Shown in pieces: positions 24,696-37,847 of a stretch of 64,000 bases of DNA. The notes under the pieces were generated by a model. That model saw nothing but the letters and a program-made list of their open reading frames with translations. It had not been told where the DNA came from and searched no databases. The stretch covers positions 1 through 64,000 of the forward strand of contig JYFJ02001216.1 of NCBI GenBank assembly GCA_000934665.2, read 5' to 3'. Source of the stretch: Catajapyx aquilonaris. Lineage: Eukaryota. The translations under genes and the position numbers were made by a program. How positions within the stretch are numbered: position 1 is the stretch's first letter; the number at the start of each line of letters is the position of its first letter.

Positions 24696-25376
24696 TCCAA
24701 GAAGAGTAATAATACCGACAACGTGATATTGACGTCAAACAATATATTGTCGCAACCAATATTGAGAAAATAATGAGGGTACTTGACACAAAAATTATTG
24801 TCGGAAAAAACTCAATATTCAGCCTCGTTTCATTAATATACAATATATTGGAATTGATCGAAGAATATGCCATTTCATACGTCACGAATACAGCTTACGA
24901 CACGTTCATTGCCTCAAAAGATGCCTGCCCCATCTACAGTTAGAATTAAAATCGCATAAAAATGAACTGGACAATGTAGCTTACGTGTTAGGATATTTTG
25001 TACCTTGTAGATGTGAAGCGAAAGATAACAAATGGCGCTTCCATACATAAAGGTGTCTATTCTTGTTTGTACATAATCTACCACCCATTCCAAAGGAACA
25101 AGTTTGTAGATACCACGATATTTCCCTCGTCCCTATCACACTTCGCAGTAAACATAATAGAAAAAAATCCTCTCACGCACTTTCCAGATACATAAGCACT
25201 GTTTCAAGCTAAGGCATAGATTTCGTCAACAATGCTATCCATTCTCTCCATTCTTCCATGTCAACAAATGGGGCCTAATATCACTGGGCCAGATACTTCT
25301 GTTGGACGCGCATTGTCTCGTACTGCTTGTATAAATAAGTGGCCTGTCCGTCTCGACAACAGCAAATTGCTCCAGC

Positions 25377-25931
25377 ATGAGCTCCAGACTGTTTCTGATG
25401 GCCTCCATCACCTTGGCTGTGATGACCACTCCTGCACTCTCACACACAAAGTCTTCCGAGCCACTCGCCAGGCTCAGCAAGTGCTATGGCCGCATGGCCA
25501 ACGCAGTGGAGATCAGCCTCAAGGAGAATAAGCCAGGGATCCTCTGCTGGTCAGTATAAAATGTACAACATAACAATAATATACAAGTGTAAATAATGCT
25601 ACCTATCCAGGCAGTTGACTCTTATCGATATTTATTATTGCTAAACAATTATTGCATTTTCATGGGCAGTGCTGTTAAACCGTTCATAAAATGCGTGGGG
25701 AGGATTGGAGGAATAGGAGCAAGAGACGGAGCTTCTGCACACAGATACTACGACCGCCTATTGGTAAGTCTCACTGGCATCAGCTGCTGCATATTAATTA
25801 TTTTTTCTGAATAGATGATTGTCATTGTGACCAATTCAAAATATGCTTTTTGCCTATATTTTCAGGGTGCTTGCTACATTCTTATGTGGTACATGCCAAT
25901 ACCTTGCCTCCTCCCAGAGGAAACATCGTGA
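25377..25931 (+). CDS. Family B gene B1: small secreted Cys-bonded helical protein, 3 exons
   Basis: TATAAATA at 25330; exons 25377-25549, 25670-25763, 25866-25931. Protein MSSRLFLMASITLAVMTTPALS...KCY..ILCC|AVKPFIKC..AHRYYDRLL|GACY..PC..*. Confidence 0.85.
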
Positions 25932-26571
25932 CGTTTTAAATAAAATAATTGTACATTATACGTACTCAACTTCGTTTGTTATTGCATTAGTATAATGCAA
26001 CGGACACCTAAGAAGGGATACACATTGCACCATGCAGTAATATACTGCATGCAAAGTGTCAATGTTTCAAGTTTGACAATGGTTTAGGCCCACGGGGGGG
26101 TTGCACAGCCCCAATTAATCTTCAATAATTACACACAATTGCTTATGTGAAATTAAATGTGACGCACCTGAGGAGTAAAATTATTCACATGTTTTCAGAA
26201 GGAAAATCACACGGTTCAAGTGATAGCATATTGAAGTTCATGTATGTTTTATTATTAAGTGTTTCTTTCAGAGTGTGCCAACAATGCTTTCTCATAAAAT
26301 TAATTAGTCAGAATGAGCGATTTCATTCAGCTTTTCAGTTGCATTACAATGCAGAAATTTTAAATCATTGCCATTATTTTAATGCCAATAAATGATTCCC
26401 CCCTTTTTTGGCTGATACTGTGCTGTAAGGGTGTATTTCACAATCTGACAAACACTGTCACTACCCTATGATAACGTAATATTATTGATAAGACAAGGTG
26501 CGAAATGGAGTGATCCGTCAGCCACTTATTGGTTTGCTTGACATGTGCGTCGATTCTATCGAGCCGCAACA

Positions 26572-28113
26572 ATGGAGTTATTGCTAGTCCTTCTCTTCGT
26601 GGCCCTTGCTGCTGGTATGCTAGTAATTTTCTTCTGGTTAGCAATGTTACCAAGTCCCTTTTAATCCTCAGCTTCACCGATTCAGTCCGTCATAAACGAT
26701 GACATATTGAACGAGCATGCACACAACTTCATGTCCGTCAGACGCACCGTCATCGACAAGAACGACGCCTTCGACAATCTCGACGCCCTCGGTATGTCTC
26801 GCAAATTACGTTTGCAACAAACTCACTGTAAATGGTTGCAGAGCTGGTTCGCAGCTTGGCGTTTTGCTCGCGAAATGGCGTCGAGAGAGTCGGTCCTTGC
26901 ATGGCTGTCAACTTTCGCGAAGGCAAGGCTGCACCCAGGATGATGAACCGCTTCGTTCAGAAGGTGGCCATACCACAATTATTATGCAATCTTCATACAC
27001 TAATTTATTAAAGCATGCAATTATTGTAGACCTTGAATAGCTCTGGCCTGAACATCACACTGTACTTCGATTTTGTGGAGGACGGCACCATAAGATGCGA
27101 AGGACAAGACTACACCTGGATCTTCGATGGGAATGCTTCGTACGCCGGAACCTCCCTTCCATACCAACGAAAAGGTAGCTTTCACGGGGTCTCAGGAAGC
27201 TGGACATTTTCTGAAGGAATCACATCCTCCGGTGACCACTACCAGGCCGACATGTCTTATTCGGTGCACGTGGATTTGGGACTGCCAAAGGACAATAACC
27301 CTGTTCATGGAGATGTAATAATATCGGTGAGCCTGTACGGCAGGTTGACATTCCAGTCAGATGACGGATCCATCACAGACTCTGAACGCATCGGTCAGGG
27401 CACGGCATACCTCAAGATTAAGAGCATTCAGACGGGCAGCCTGGTCACCTTCACCGTTCCAACCACGGCGTCGTCCACCGTCGAGGACGTCGTCACCATC
27501 CAATCTGCAGACGGATCAATCATCAGGACATTTGGAGACTCCACGACCTACGGAGGTGACATCCTGGAAGTGCTTAACGTCACTCTCACCCATGACGGAC
27601 TCGTACATGTACGACACAAATGTACTCACTTTCCCGGAGCAATTATGTAACGTGCTGTAATTCCAGGTGTCATCGGAGGCAACCTTCGAATCCCTCGCAG
27701 CCCACATGGCCGACCAGCCCGATGTCCGTTATTCCTCCAAGGGGTCAGCCAGGTCTGCAGCCAGCCTGACTCTTGCCCCCGGAAAGATGTCCGTCGCAGG
27801 TCACAACGAGCTGGAAATGAAGACTGACCTGAGTGATTACCAGGACACCTTGCTGCTCGTCACAGTGACTAAAGCCGAGTCTGACAACCAAGTTTGCTTG
27901 ACCGTCGAGGGTGATGCCGATAAGTCCGCTGACCTGGAGGTCAAGGTCAACTTCAGCGGAAAGACTGTGGCCATCCCGGAGAACGGATCTGGAACAGTCA
28001 CCGTCGCCAATAACGGCACCTTCACAGGCACAGTCACGGCCAAAGACAACGGTGACAACACAGCCCAAGGACACACTGAACAACACCTCAAAGTCAACAT
28101 ACAGCAATACTAA
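26572..28113 (+). CDS. Family A gene A9, 5 exons
   Basis: MELLLVLLFVALAA; NDDILNEH; ELVRSLAFCSRN..C; TW/YQRKG; SDYQD; ends GHTEQHLKVNIQQY, followed by AATAAA. Confidence 0.87.
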
Positions 28114-28343
28114 AGCGGTGCAATTTTGAGCAATAAAATGTGACATACAGCAATTGAATATTGCGCACTAATTTATCTAAACAGCGCATCACTTTGTATT
28201 ATTTTTCATCCTGGAATATACGCAACCCACAAGCCCATACAGTAAGTCATGTATTTTCAAGGTGATATTGGACACGTATAAATGAAGATAAGAATGAAGA
28301 TAAAAGTTTGTCGGATGATCCATTTTGATTAATTCACTCAGCC

Positions 28344-29966
28344 ATGAAGTTGTTAGCAGTCCTTCTATTGTCCTGCTTCTCAATAGGTGATTATTATTAT
28401 TATTAATAATAAAAAATAATTAATTAATTAATTTTTTGATTTTATTTCCCGAGCTTCCCCGCTGCTGTCACTAAATGACGACATACTGAACGATCATGCT
28501 CACAACTTCTTGTCGTTCCGGAGTAAGCATACGGTCAACGAGGTCTTTGACAACATAGAAGCCACAGGTAAGTTGCATAAACTGTGTTTACGATTCTTGC
28601 AATGAAAGCCATGTTCGATTGTTGCAGAACTGGTTCGCAGCTTGACGTTTTGCTCTCGAAATAATGTGGATACCATCGGACCATGCATGGCCACCAACTT
28701 CAGGGAAGGCAAGGCTGCACCCAGGATGATGAACCGATTCGTTCAGAAAGTGCGACACATCAATGCCGTACTTGATACACATCACTATAAACGCATTCAT
28801 ATATTTCAGGCTTTGAAGAAAGTTGGTCAGAACATAACAGTACAGATCGACCTTTCGGAGGACGGCACCATTAAGCCATACCACGGGCCAGACGGAGACG
28901 GCCATACCTGGACCTTCCGAGGTACCGCTTCGTGCGATGGACAAACAGTGTCATACCTGAGAGAAGGCAGTTTTATCAACTACTTAGGCAGCCAATTCCT
29001 GGAGAAAATAAGTTCATCCGGCGACGACTATCGAGCCAACACTTCTTACGCGGTACATGTAAGTACTACATATAGTACACAGCGTACACATTCAGGAGTT
29101 AAAATGCAATCCGATAAACCAGGTGGGCTGCGGATCGGTTCCAAACACGACAGTTGTTTCGTTCGAGTGCATGGTCAGTGTGAACATGTACGCAGTCCTG
29201 CGCACCAGGAACGTCGACGCAGACTACGTCGGACTGGCCATACTTTACGCGAAGATTCGTGGAGTCAATGATGGACACACGGCGCACATGACGACTCCAA
29301 CTACTGTGTCGTACACTGCCGAAGACACAGTCACCATCAGTGAATCAGACGGGTCCGTGAAGCATTTTGGTGAATCCGTGTCTGAAGGATCAAACATTGA
29401 GGCTGAATTGAATGTCACGCAGACGGAGAGTTTAGTACAGGTAATATAAAGGCCAAATATTAATTTAGATATTTTAATTTTGCATATGAATGAGCCTATT
29501 GCCATATATTTTTCGGAATAATTTGTAGATATCAACTTCCGGAGACATCACAGCACTTGCCACTCACTTTTCTGACCATCCCGACTACCGCTATGATTCG
29601 AGTGGGTCAGTATGGTCAACAGCCAGCGTGACCCTCGACAACGGAAAGGTCATGGTCACGGGCCAAGAAGCAACTTACCTGAGAGAGACTATCAGCGACT
29701 ACGAAGGCAACCTTCTGGCCACTGTCCAGTCCGACACTGAGTCTGTCGCCACCATTGACGTGGTCACCGACAACAGATCTACCGACCTCAAAGGCAGTGG
29801 TCATTTCAGCTCTAGCGTCAAGGCCACGTGCAAGGACGGTCAAGCTGTTTCCGACAGTGAGGACCAAGGCACCTTCACAGGCACCGTCACGCTTACAAAC
29901 AACGACGACGGAACCATGTCAGGACACTCTGAGCTGCATCTCACAGTGAATGTCCACAAAGAATGA
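28344..29966 (+). CDS. Family A gene A10, 6 exons
   Basis: MKLLAVLLLSCFSI; NDDILNDH; ELVRSLTFCSRN..C; TW/YLREG; extra intron after AVH as in A6/A8; SDYEG; ends GHSELHLTVNVHKE. Confidence 0.85.
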
Positions 29967-30470
29967 AAAAAAAACAATATTGTATTGACAACACAATGAG
30001 TGTGTTCATTGAATTTGGTATGATCTGCTTATTCAAGATTACAATGCAAGATTGGTTTAAATGAGAATAAAACATTTGCAGTGTAATAATGTGCAATTTG
30101 TTTATGTTTTGTACCATTATGACAGCATCAAGGCTGATTTTATGCTGCATTTGTGCAACAATAATAATCGAGTGCAACAAATAATTATCACTGCGTACAT
30201 CTGGCGTACATAATAAAACGGGAGCTATACGTAACGCAATACACTGGATGCACTTGCACATATAAAATTAACGAACTTTCAGCCGAATTTAGCAACAATC
30301 AGTCTCTATTATTCCATTGTCGCTATTCATTGCTCGATTTGCTATCAGGACAAAAATTAGCACATTCTCCTGAGTTATGACAAGGTCCGACACCAAGGAT
30401 CTTGCAGGACTATATGTATAAAAGTCCTAAAAATAATTTAGAGTTACTCTGACGAGCTTCATCGGGCAAC

Positions 30471-31001
30471 ATGTATTCCGCAAAGCTTCTCCTGGTTGTC
30501 GCCGCGATTCTGTCATCTTCACGGGCCTCTATGGAGCAGCATCCGCAGATAAAGAAGTGCTACGCCCTGGTGACATCAGCCGTCGAGGACAGCATACACC
30601 AGAACAAGCCAGATCTTATGTGCTGGTCAGTATGTCCCCCCCAAAAAATATTTTTCGGACAAACGTATCCTCGAGAGGCAAAATTTTTGCTCTTTTGTTT
30701 TTGCTATTTCTATTTTCAATTTATTGCCAAGGAGAGAGAATGACATGCTCATTTTGCAGTTCCTTGGAGCGTTTCAAAACATGCGTGGAAGAAGTGGACT
30801 ACGTGGAACCGGATGAACTTGAACCTGCTCATAGATACTACGATCGCCTCTTGGTACGTAACTGTACTGAGAAGTAACGCACATCTAATTTTATCAAATC
30901 GCTTGCAGCTAACAATGACTACTGTTTCTGCATTCACAGGGCGCTTGCTACATATTCACATGGTTCATGCAAATGCCATGTTTCCTCCCGGATCACATTG
31001 A
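30471..31001 (+). CDS. Family B gene B2, paralog of B1, 3 exons
   Basis: TATAAAAG at 30417. Protein MYSAKLLLVVAAILSSSRA..KKCY..LMCC|SLERFKTC..AHRYYDRLL|GACYIHMVHANAMFPPGSH*. Confidence 0.85.
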
Positions 31002-32191
31002 AACTGCCTAATAAACTTTGATTGTAATAATAAAACTTCTATCAGCGAAAATTTGGGTTTGTCCATTTACTTCCGATCCTGACTCCTGTAGCAACTATGG
31101 CGAGGATATATCTTGAACGCCTATAGCGGCAGCATCCCACTGCCCATCAGCGATCTCACAAATAAATATCCGGATAAAGACAAGGGTTGTTCAAATGTGA
31201 CTGCTTAACGAGGTTTGCACAGAGAGGCTGGGCCTGTCACACTATGCTCTGAAAGGTGAACAACTTTGAAGTAAATTTCACATCAAAATGGAAATATCCA
31301 TCTATATATTTTTAAAGGACTCGAGGACTATTTCAGATAACAAAGGAGCACTGCAGGCCATCAACACGAGCAATATTTATTATATATTTATTACTCATGC
31401 AAGACTTGAATAAATGCATCGGAACCTACTCATAGGTTATGTGCAGGTTATGAACATGTGTGTTGGACATTCTGAGGATGGTCGTACAGTACCGTACATG
31501 AAAATTATCCACGTTCAAGATAAGGGAAGGATTAATAGTTTTTCGCTTATCAAAAATGTTATAAATTTCCCGTGTGTGACTATGTTGGTGAATGAAGAAT
31601 ATTTTTTTATACTCTTATCACACTAGTTACATTCATTCTCTTAATTATATGCGCCATAGTCGTAACCAATAACCTAAGAGTGGTGCATGTTACAGGGTGG
31701 TTTTCATAAATAAAAGTAATATTCTGAGCTATTATTAGGATATCAATGATAATAGGATATCAATGATAATGATAATGATGATTATTAAGATATAACTGTC
31801 AAGGTTCGCAAATATTCTGCTGCATACTTGATTTGGATGAACCACAAAATACGGCAAAGATTTTTAACGGCTCAGTTAATTTCAATTATTTTGCAGATAT
31901 CTTGCACTAGTACCTATAGCAATAATATTGTTGAAAATTTCCATTCGATTACTTTTAAAAATTTATAAACGTAATATGATTGGATGGCGCCGGGTTAGGC
32001 TCCTACCGTTATCATCAGGTGTCACCACTGCTGGAGATAAGCAACCTTTCAACATGTACACACCCTGATAAGGCGAAAAAAAACACTGTGGCCAGGAGAA
32101 ACTGGCGTCGTACTCTGCATTGTTCGGAAAGCCAAGGCTAATATTTTATAACAAGTTATGTGTTTGGCGTAACAAGGAATTTGGGACCATA

Positions 32192-33637
32192 ATGGCAAGA
32201 ACGTCCTTCATTCTGGTTCTCACGATTATGACAGCGGGTAAGTGCAGCAAAAAATATGACTTCAATGCAATCATGAAGTAGTTGTAAGATAATGACTTGG
32301 CGGCAGTCGTATAGTCATAACAATGGTCTAAGTATGTTATATTTGTCGGCCATTTTCTCTAATCGGAAATGAAGTTGGATTATGTGCCAGAAGTGACGTC
32401 ACATCTGATGGCTGCCTGCAAGATTTCTTTTCGGCTGTCGAATCCGTCACAGATGACAACAATGACGTAAATAATCTGGAGGTCATCTGCCCGTAAGTAT
32501 GCTCATATTGACTCAGTATTATTATGGGTGCATACACAAACAATATTGTGTTCAGAGCAGCTGAAGCTTTGCAACAATGCGTCAGAGGAAGTAATGTCGA
32601 CGTGGATTTGACATTGCCTGAAGATGTCCAGATTCATTTTGAAGATGCCTTGGTATGCAAGATGTGACTCATGATTGACAGCTGCAGTATAATTTCCAAA
32701 TAATTTCATTAACCGCCAGAGAATGTGCGGGCCATACTTCTTGCATCTACACATAAGACAACTGGTTCGACACAAGCGAGACACTCCTGATCCGTCTGAA
32801 GCATGTTTCGACACCCTGAACGTAGCGGCGCTGAACGCTTCGTGGCAAATCATCTACGGAAAAAGGCTGAGGATAATATGCCCGTCAGTCATCTTGCTTA
32901 CAACGATTTTGCTGCACATAGGTTAAATATTGTAAGTAATGCTTTTTTCTTCTTCAAAAATGCAAGGGCCATAGAGAAGTTCGACCAGTGCATCGATGAA
33001 ATACCCGATGTTGACCCAGAAATTAAGGAAGCAACTGAAGTACTCTACTACAACAGGTCCATGCCCTCTGTAAGTCAATTGACCACATTTAAATCTGTCG
33101 TTGTGTTTATATGTTTAAAAAATATATTTATAATAGTTATATGCAATAAAATATCACTTGCACACTGCAGGATGAATGCTTTCCGTACATGCCAGGACCT
33201 GAAAAGTTGTTGTCATCTCTCAAAAACAAGAACGAAAGCATATCAAAATGCTGGCCGGATTTTCGCCAAGCAACAGAAGGAGCACACAGATACTCGAATG
33301 AAGACGAGAGACAGCTGTTTTGCCGGTTAGCTCATCAACAATAGTATCCAAGACACAATGCACTTTTTATATTCCATGTTCTCCTTGTTCTCAGCGCAAT
33401 CACGAAGCTGAAGAAATGCGTTGATGCAATACCTGACGCCAACCGTGAAGCTGTAGATGTTCTGGACGACATGTACAGACATATTCAGAAGGTGGTGTAT
33501 ATCGAGTATAGTATTACTCAATAACAATACCTTTGTAACAATGACCACCGACCTTACAGAACGACTGCCAGCCTTACTGGAAGCTGAGTTCTCTTATGAA
33601 CACCCTTCGGAGAACTACTCCGCCCGAAAAGGAATAA
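32192..33637 (+). CDS. Family B gene B3: secreted protein with three tandem 4-Cys modules, 8 exons
   Basis: Signal peptide MARTSFILVLTIMTAVGLC. Modules GC..ICP|AAEALQQC..|RMCGPY, AC..ICP|AIEKFDQC..|DECFPY and KC..FCR|AITKLKKC..|NDCQPY; the phase-2/phase-0 intron pair repeats three times. Confidence 0.85.
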
Positions 33638-34434
33638 ATTATTTGCACATTTCCATTGCCCTCATCATAATAATTGCATGATGCATACTCAAATGAATTC
33701 GCGGATATGACATTGTGTCACTGTGTTCCGAAAGTGTTTGTTTGTGACACTTTTTGTCACGAAGAATTTTCAAAGTCTAAATAATTCTTGTCACATATAA
33801 TAAATGAAGCGATTTTAAAATATAATATGTACCATAATATTCAGACTTGTGACGAGTAACTATTATTCGGATTTTTTTTTCTTTCTTGGAATGGTTGTAA
33901 TGTCGTACATTAACACTTTTTCACAGCTAGAGTCTCTCATATGTGAATTATTTTGTTTAAAATTCAAATTGAAATTTTATATAGGCCATCATGCAGTACC
34001 CCCCACGACTGCAATCATTTATGGTTGCAATAACTATTATGCAGATGGGTACTTTATGGGGTTGCGATAATATTTGAATTTCTCAACTTTATGAAACAAT
34101 AAATTTGCAAATTTCCCGCGTGCCTGCAATTTGAAAATGAATTAAATCTTTCGCCGTTCTTTCACAATGGAGGAGGAGCAAGGAGGAGGATTCCGCAGAG
34201 AATGAATAGATTGCACCGAAATCTCCCTTATTGTTCCGAAACCCCATTTCTATTTGTTTAACAAATCACAAAGGCCATGCGAGGATCCCGAAAAAAGAAG
34301 GAAGGCTGCCAATGCCCCATTGTCACCAAATCTGCGATCCGAAGAGTGACGCCCGGAGGATAAACCCGGAATAAAAAGGTACGAATATTTTGAGAGCGAC
34401 TGCAGTCGTGTGGTGTCATTAGCAAGGAGTTAAC

Positions 34435-35269
34435 ATGTCTCCTTCTCGTGCCCTGCTTCTGGCCCTGGCCTTCGTCTTTCTGGCAGGTGAGGTAACTCTT
34501 TCTTACAATGCATTTGTCTCGCACTAATTATTATACCAAACTATAAACAATGCCTTCTAGCTCTAGTGTCGGTGTCAGCCAAAAAGTGTCCAAAAGATTG
34601 CTTCAAAGATGTGAAGGACAAGATACGAAAGTCGACTAAATCCAATGCGAAGGACACCGTGTGCAAGTGAGTATAATCTGGGCAATTATAACGGCTAAGA
34701 TTTATGCAGTATTGTTAATGGGGACATTACAAACTTTCACATTCAATTCGTAAAATTTTATTCACAATTTCAGCAGTTCTTTCTGCACTTTCAGTGAATG
34801 AAAATCCTTACAACTGCATGAGTAATCCCGGTTTTGCTAGTTTTTAAACTGACAGTTAACAAACAATTTGTTAACTCTCAGTGACGGTAGTTTTAGTGGC
34901 AGAACAACTGGATGCTGTAAACTGCAGTTAGCTCGTGACAGCCAATTAAACGGCTGGAGAATTCATTATAAAAAGAGGAGCCATTTAACATATGCCTAAT
35001 AATATTATTGTTGCTACTTCTCTAATTATTGTTATCCTACCATTCTATTCGCAGTGCCCCGGACGACTTCAAAAAATGCCTGAAGGATAATGGTATTCTG
35101 AACGACAAGTCCAAAAAGACTCACGAAACTCTCAAGAGGATTATTCAGGTGAGTACCCATTTAAAAAAGTTATTAGAATCGAGAGAATGTCAAATTATTA
35201 ATCCTTTTTGCTTTCTTCCAGCTACCGTGTCACTTGCTGACTCAAGGAGAAACAGGAGACGATGATTAG
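34435..35269 (+). CDS. Family B gene B4: Lys-rich small secreted protein, 4 exons
   Basis: MSPSRALLLALAFVFLA|ALVSVSAKKCPKDCFKDVKDKIRKSTKSNAKDTVCN|APDDFKKCLKDNGILNDKSKKTHETLKRIIQ|LPCHLLTQGETGDDD*; AATAAA follows. Confidence 0.82.
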
Positions 35270-36934
35270 GTTATTGATCCACGGGCCAATAAAAAAAAAT
35301 GACGCCGAATAATTATAGAATAAAATAGTCCGTCTGCATTACATCTCAGTTACTTTTTTTATCTCCAGATTATGTATGTCACCATATTTCCAGCTAATGA
35401 GAAAAAGGGAAACTCAACGGACTTTTCTTGTTATAAGGTTTAATTATGACGTTGAGTTTGACATAACATTATCAGTTACCTCTGAGAAAATAATGTTTGT
35501 AATATATTCTCATTATCTACCAGAGAAATGTTTCTTATTGATGAGAAACCTTATAATTATGCTGTTTTTAAATCGCATGTTATTGAAGCAGACGCATAGG
35601 GCTAACACCAATTATTATAATCATAAAGATTGTGTCAATTACTGCTTTTATGCAAGATGCAGGCCTATCATAATTGATAATGTATGTAATATTTTATAAA
35701 CAATCTAGTTTTTCATGATAACACTGTGTTTCATTATCGACAAAAATGAAGCAATTCAACAAAGGTTCGCTTCTTTTAAAAAACAATCTCCTTATAATTA
35801 TGTATGGAGTGAATGCTGCATTTGTTTGTATGTAACACGTAATATAACATTTCACTTTCACTTTGCATTGACTTCTACGAAATATTATTGCTACTTGAGA
35901 GAGCTGGCTGTGAAACTTGGGTGCTGTACGGATATCATCAGCCTTTATAATAATACTAGTAGCGGACTCGTTGCCAAATTTTGGCAACACTGCTTGGCCC
36001 ACCCCCCAACTTGGACGTACAGTAGATTTATACGGAGTCTCAGGGCCCCTACCAGTTGGCGCATAGGCTGTCCCTCTGCACACTACTGCCCCTCTCAAGG
36101 GGAAAGTAGTACTACATGCACGTTGGTGATGAGTCACAGCGCGGACAAAGCCCACCAGGGTGCTAATAACCAGCTCGTGTCTCGCCTGCCATTGACTTTG
36201 GGCCTACCGTATCTGACCGCTATAAATTATGCCGTCTATAATATTGTTAAAGGGGAAAGTGAAAATCTATGGTAGGCAATGAGAAGTGTTGCCGGACATA
36301 ATTTATAAGCGGAAAGAGAGGATAGGGCTTTTAGGTATATATGCATATATTATATTTTTGCTAATAATATTGTAACTCATTATTGATATTATGACGTCAG
36401 TACTCAAGGTACGATTAGGTATAGCAATAAACAAAGAAAAAGTGGTCACATTTACAATGCATTGAGTGTGTTGACCAATCGACTATTTTTGCAGGCATTT
36501 ATCAGAGTGTTACAATTGCAAATTGAAAAACAAATTATGGGGAAGAATGTGCGATTTATACCAATATTTTGCGCTAGTTTTCTTCCTGTATGTAATACTG
36601 TTAAGAAAATCCTCATCAGTTATGAGCCCCTTGCAAGCATCCAGAGTCATATATACTGAAGGACTTGGCAAAGAAGGACAAGGAGAATATGCATATACGG
36701 ACTGAAAGCGCAAATGAATTAGAGTTGCGAAATTAATTACCATTATGCAGGTGGTGTCAGCACCATCTAACCTCGTCGTGGTAAGGTCTGTGCTATAAAC
36801 ACGGTTATGACAGGAAATAAAAGCTGATAAGTGCCCGTCGTAATTAATATTTCCCTCGTTGAAAAAGGAGAGTCACTTGCAGTCATTATTTCAGAACCGC
36901 CAGACTGACTGGACCATCAGCAGGTATTATCGCA

Positions 36935-37847
36935 ATGAATAATTTGGCGCTGTTGACATTTCTTTCAGCAGGTAAGACGCACAATTTTCTTCCAAATGCA
37001 CAGTGTATAGGATTATATATAAACGTCTTTTCCACCCTCACATGCTTCTGCCCATAAACAGCATTCGCATTATCTCCCATGAATGTGACATGCCCTCTGC
37101 AAGTCTTAGACCAGATAGTGCTTATGGCAAACGAAGCTTTGAAGGACAATCAGCACTTTCCTATTGACGGAAAGGAGCTGGACGAGCACTGCAGGTATAA
37201 TAATTATTTTCCCAAAGTGTAGTATTCACACAGCCGCTTTTTTTCTTGCAAAATATTCGCAAAGTATGAACTAACCTTACATGGTTCCAGCATTTTTAAG
37301 AAGCTGTTGAGCGACGTGCAAGAACTGATGCTTCCATGCCTCCCAGGCTTCCTGAAAGTGTTTCTGCCTGACATTTTGAGTGGTGTGTTGGATGTAGAGG
37401 ATCGCATGTGCAATCCCAGCAACGGAGACTTAAGGAAAAGTATGTCTCGTTATGTACACACACAATTCTATCTCTTAAAACAATCAAGTGTTGATATTAT
37501 ACCGAATTGTTTGCAGGATATTTGCATGAGGCCGCTTGTCTGAGGGAGAAAGAAGCAAGGTTCGGGCCTTGCAGCCATCAAATGTCACGGGCTATGTACA
37601 ACGCTTCTGTAAATAGAAGCATAGGAGAATTTTGCTGGCGAGTTATTTATTACCTTTCTACATAGGTGCTATGGTTTGAACTTTAATTTTCTTTCCCTGC
37701 AGCGCAATTCCAAAGTGGAAGAAGTGCTCTGGGGACGCGGCCATGCTCTGTGGACACCAGGCCTTGTCTTTCATCAATGATTTCATCTCAAACATGGAAG
37801 GAGAGCTGATCCGTGGATTTTGCGCCGGATGTATTTGCACTGATTAG
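36935..37847 (+). CDS. Family C gene C1: secreted Cys-rich helical protein (DUF19/T20D4.11-like), 5 exons, one GC-AG intron
   Basis: MNNLALLTFLSA|AFA..TC..HFPIDGKELDEHCS|..PC..MCNP..|YLHEAAC..PC..FCC|AIPKWKKC..LCG..AxxF..FCAGCICTD*. Family label comes from the Cys/motif pattern recognised by eye. Confidence 0.8.

Noticed and set aside
1329..29966. Family A as bacterial contamination or recent horizontal transfer (adhesin- or porin-like composition)
   Set aside because: Conserved spliceosomal introns and polyA signals exclude contamination. Ancient transfer cannot be judged without a homology search.
35694..36275. 186-aa and 153-aa overlapping ORFs
   Set aside because: No recognisable domain, splice structure or codon bias; probably non-coding or decayed repeat.
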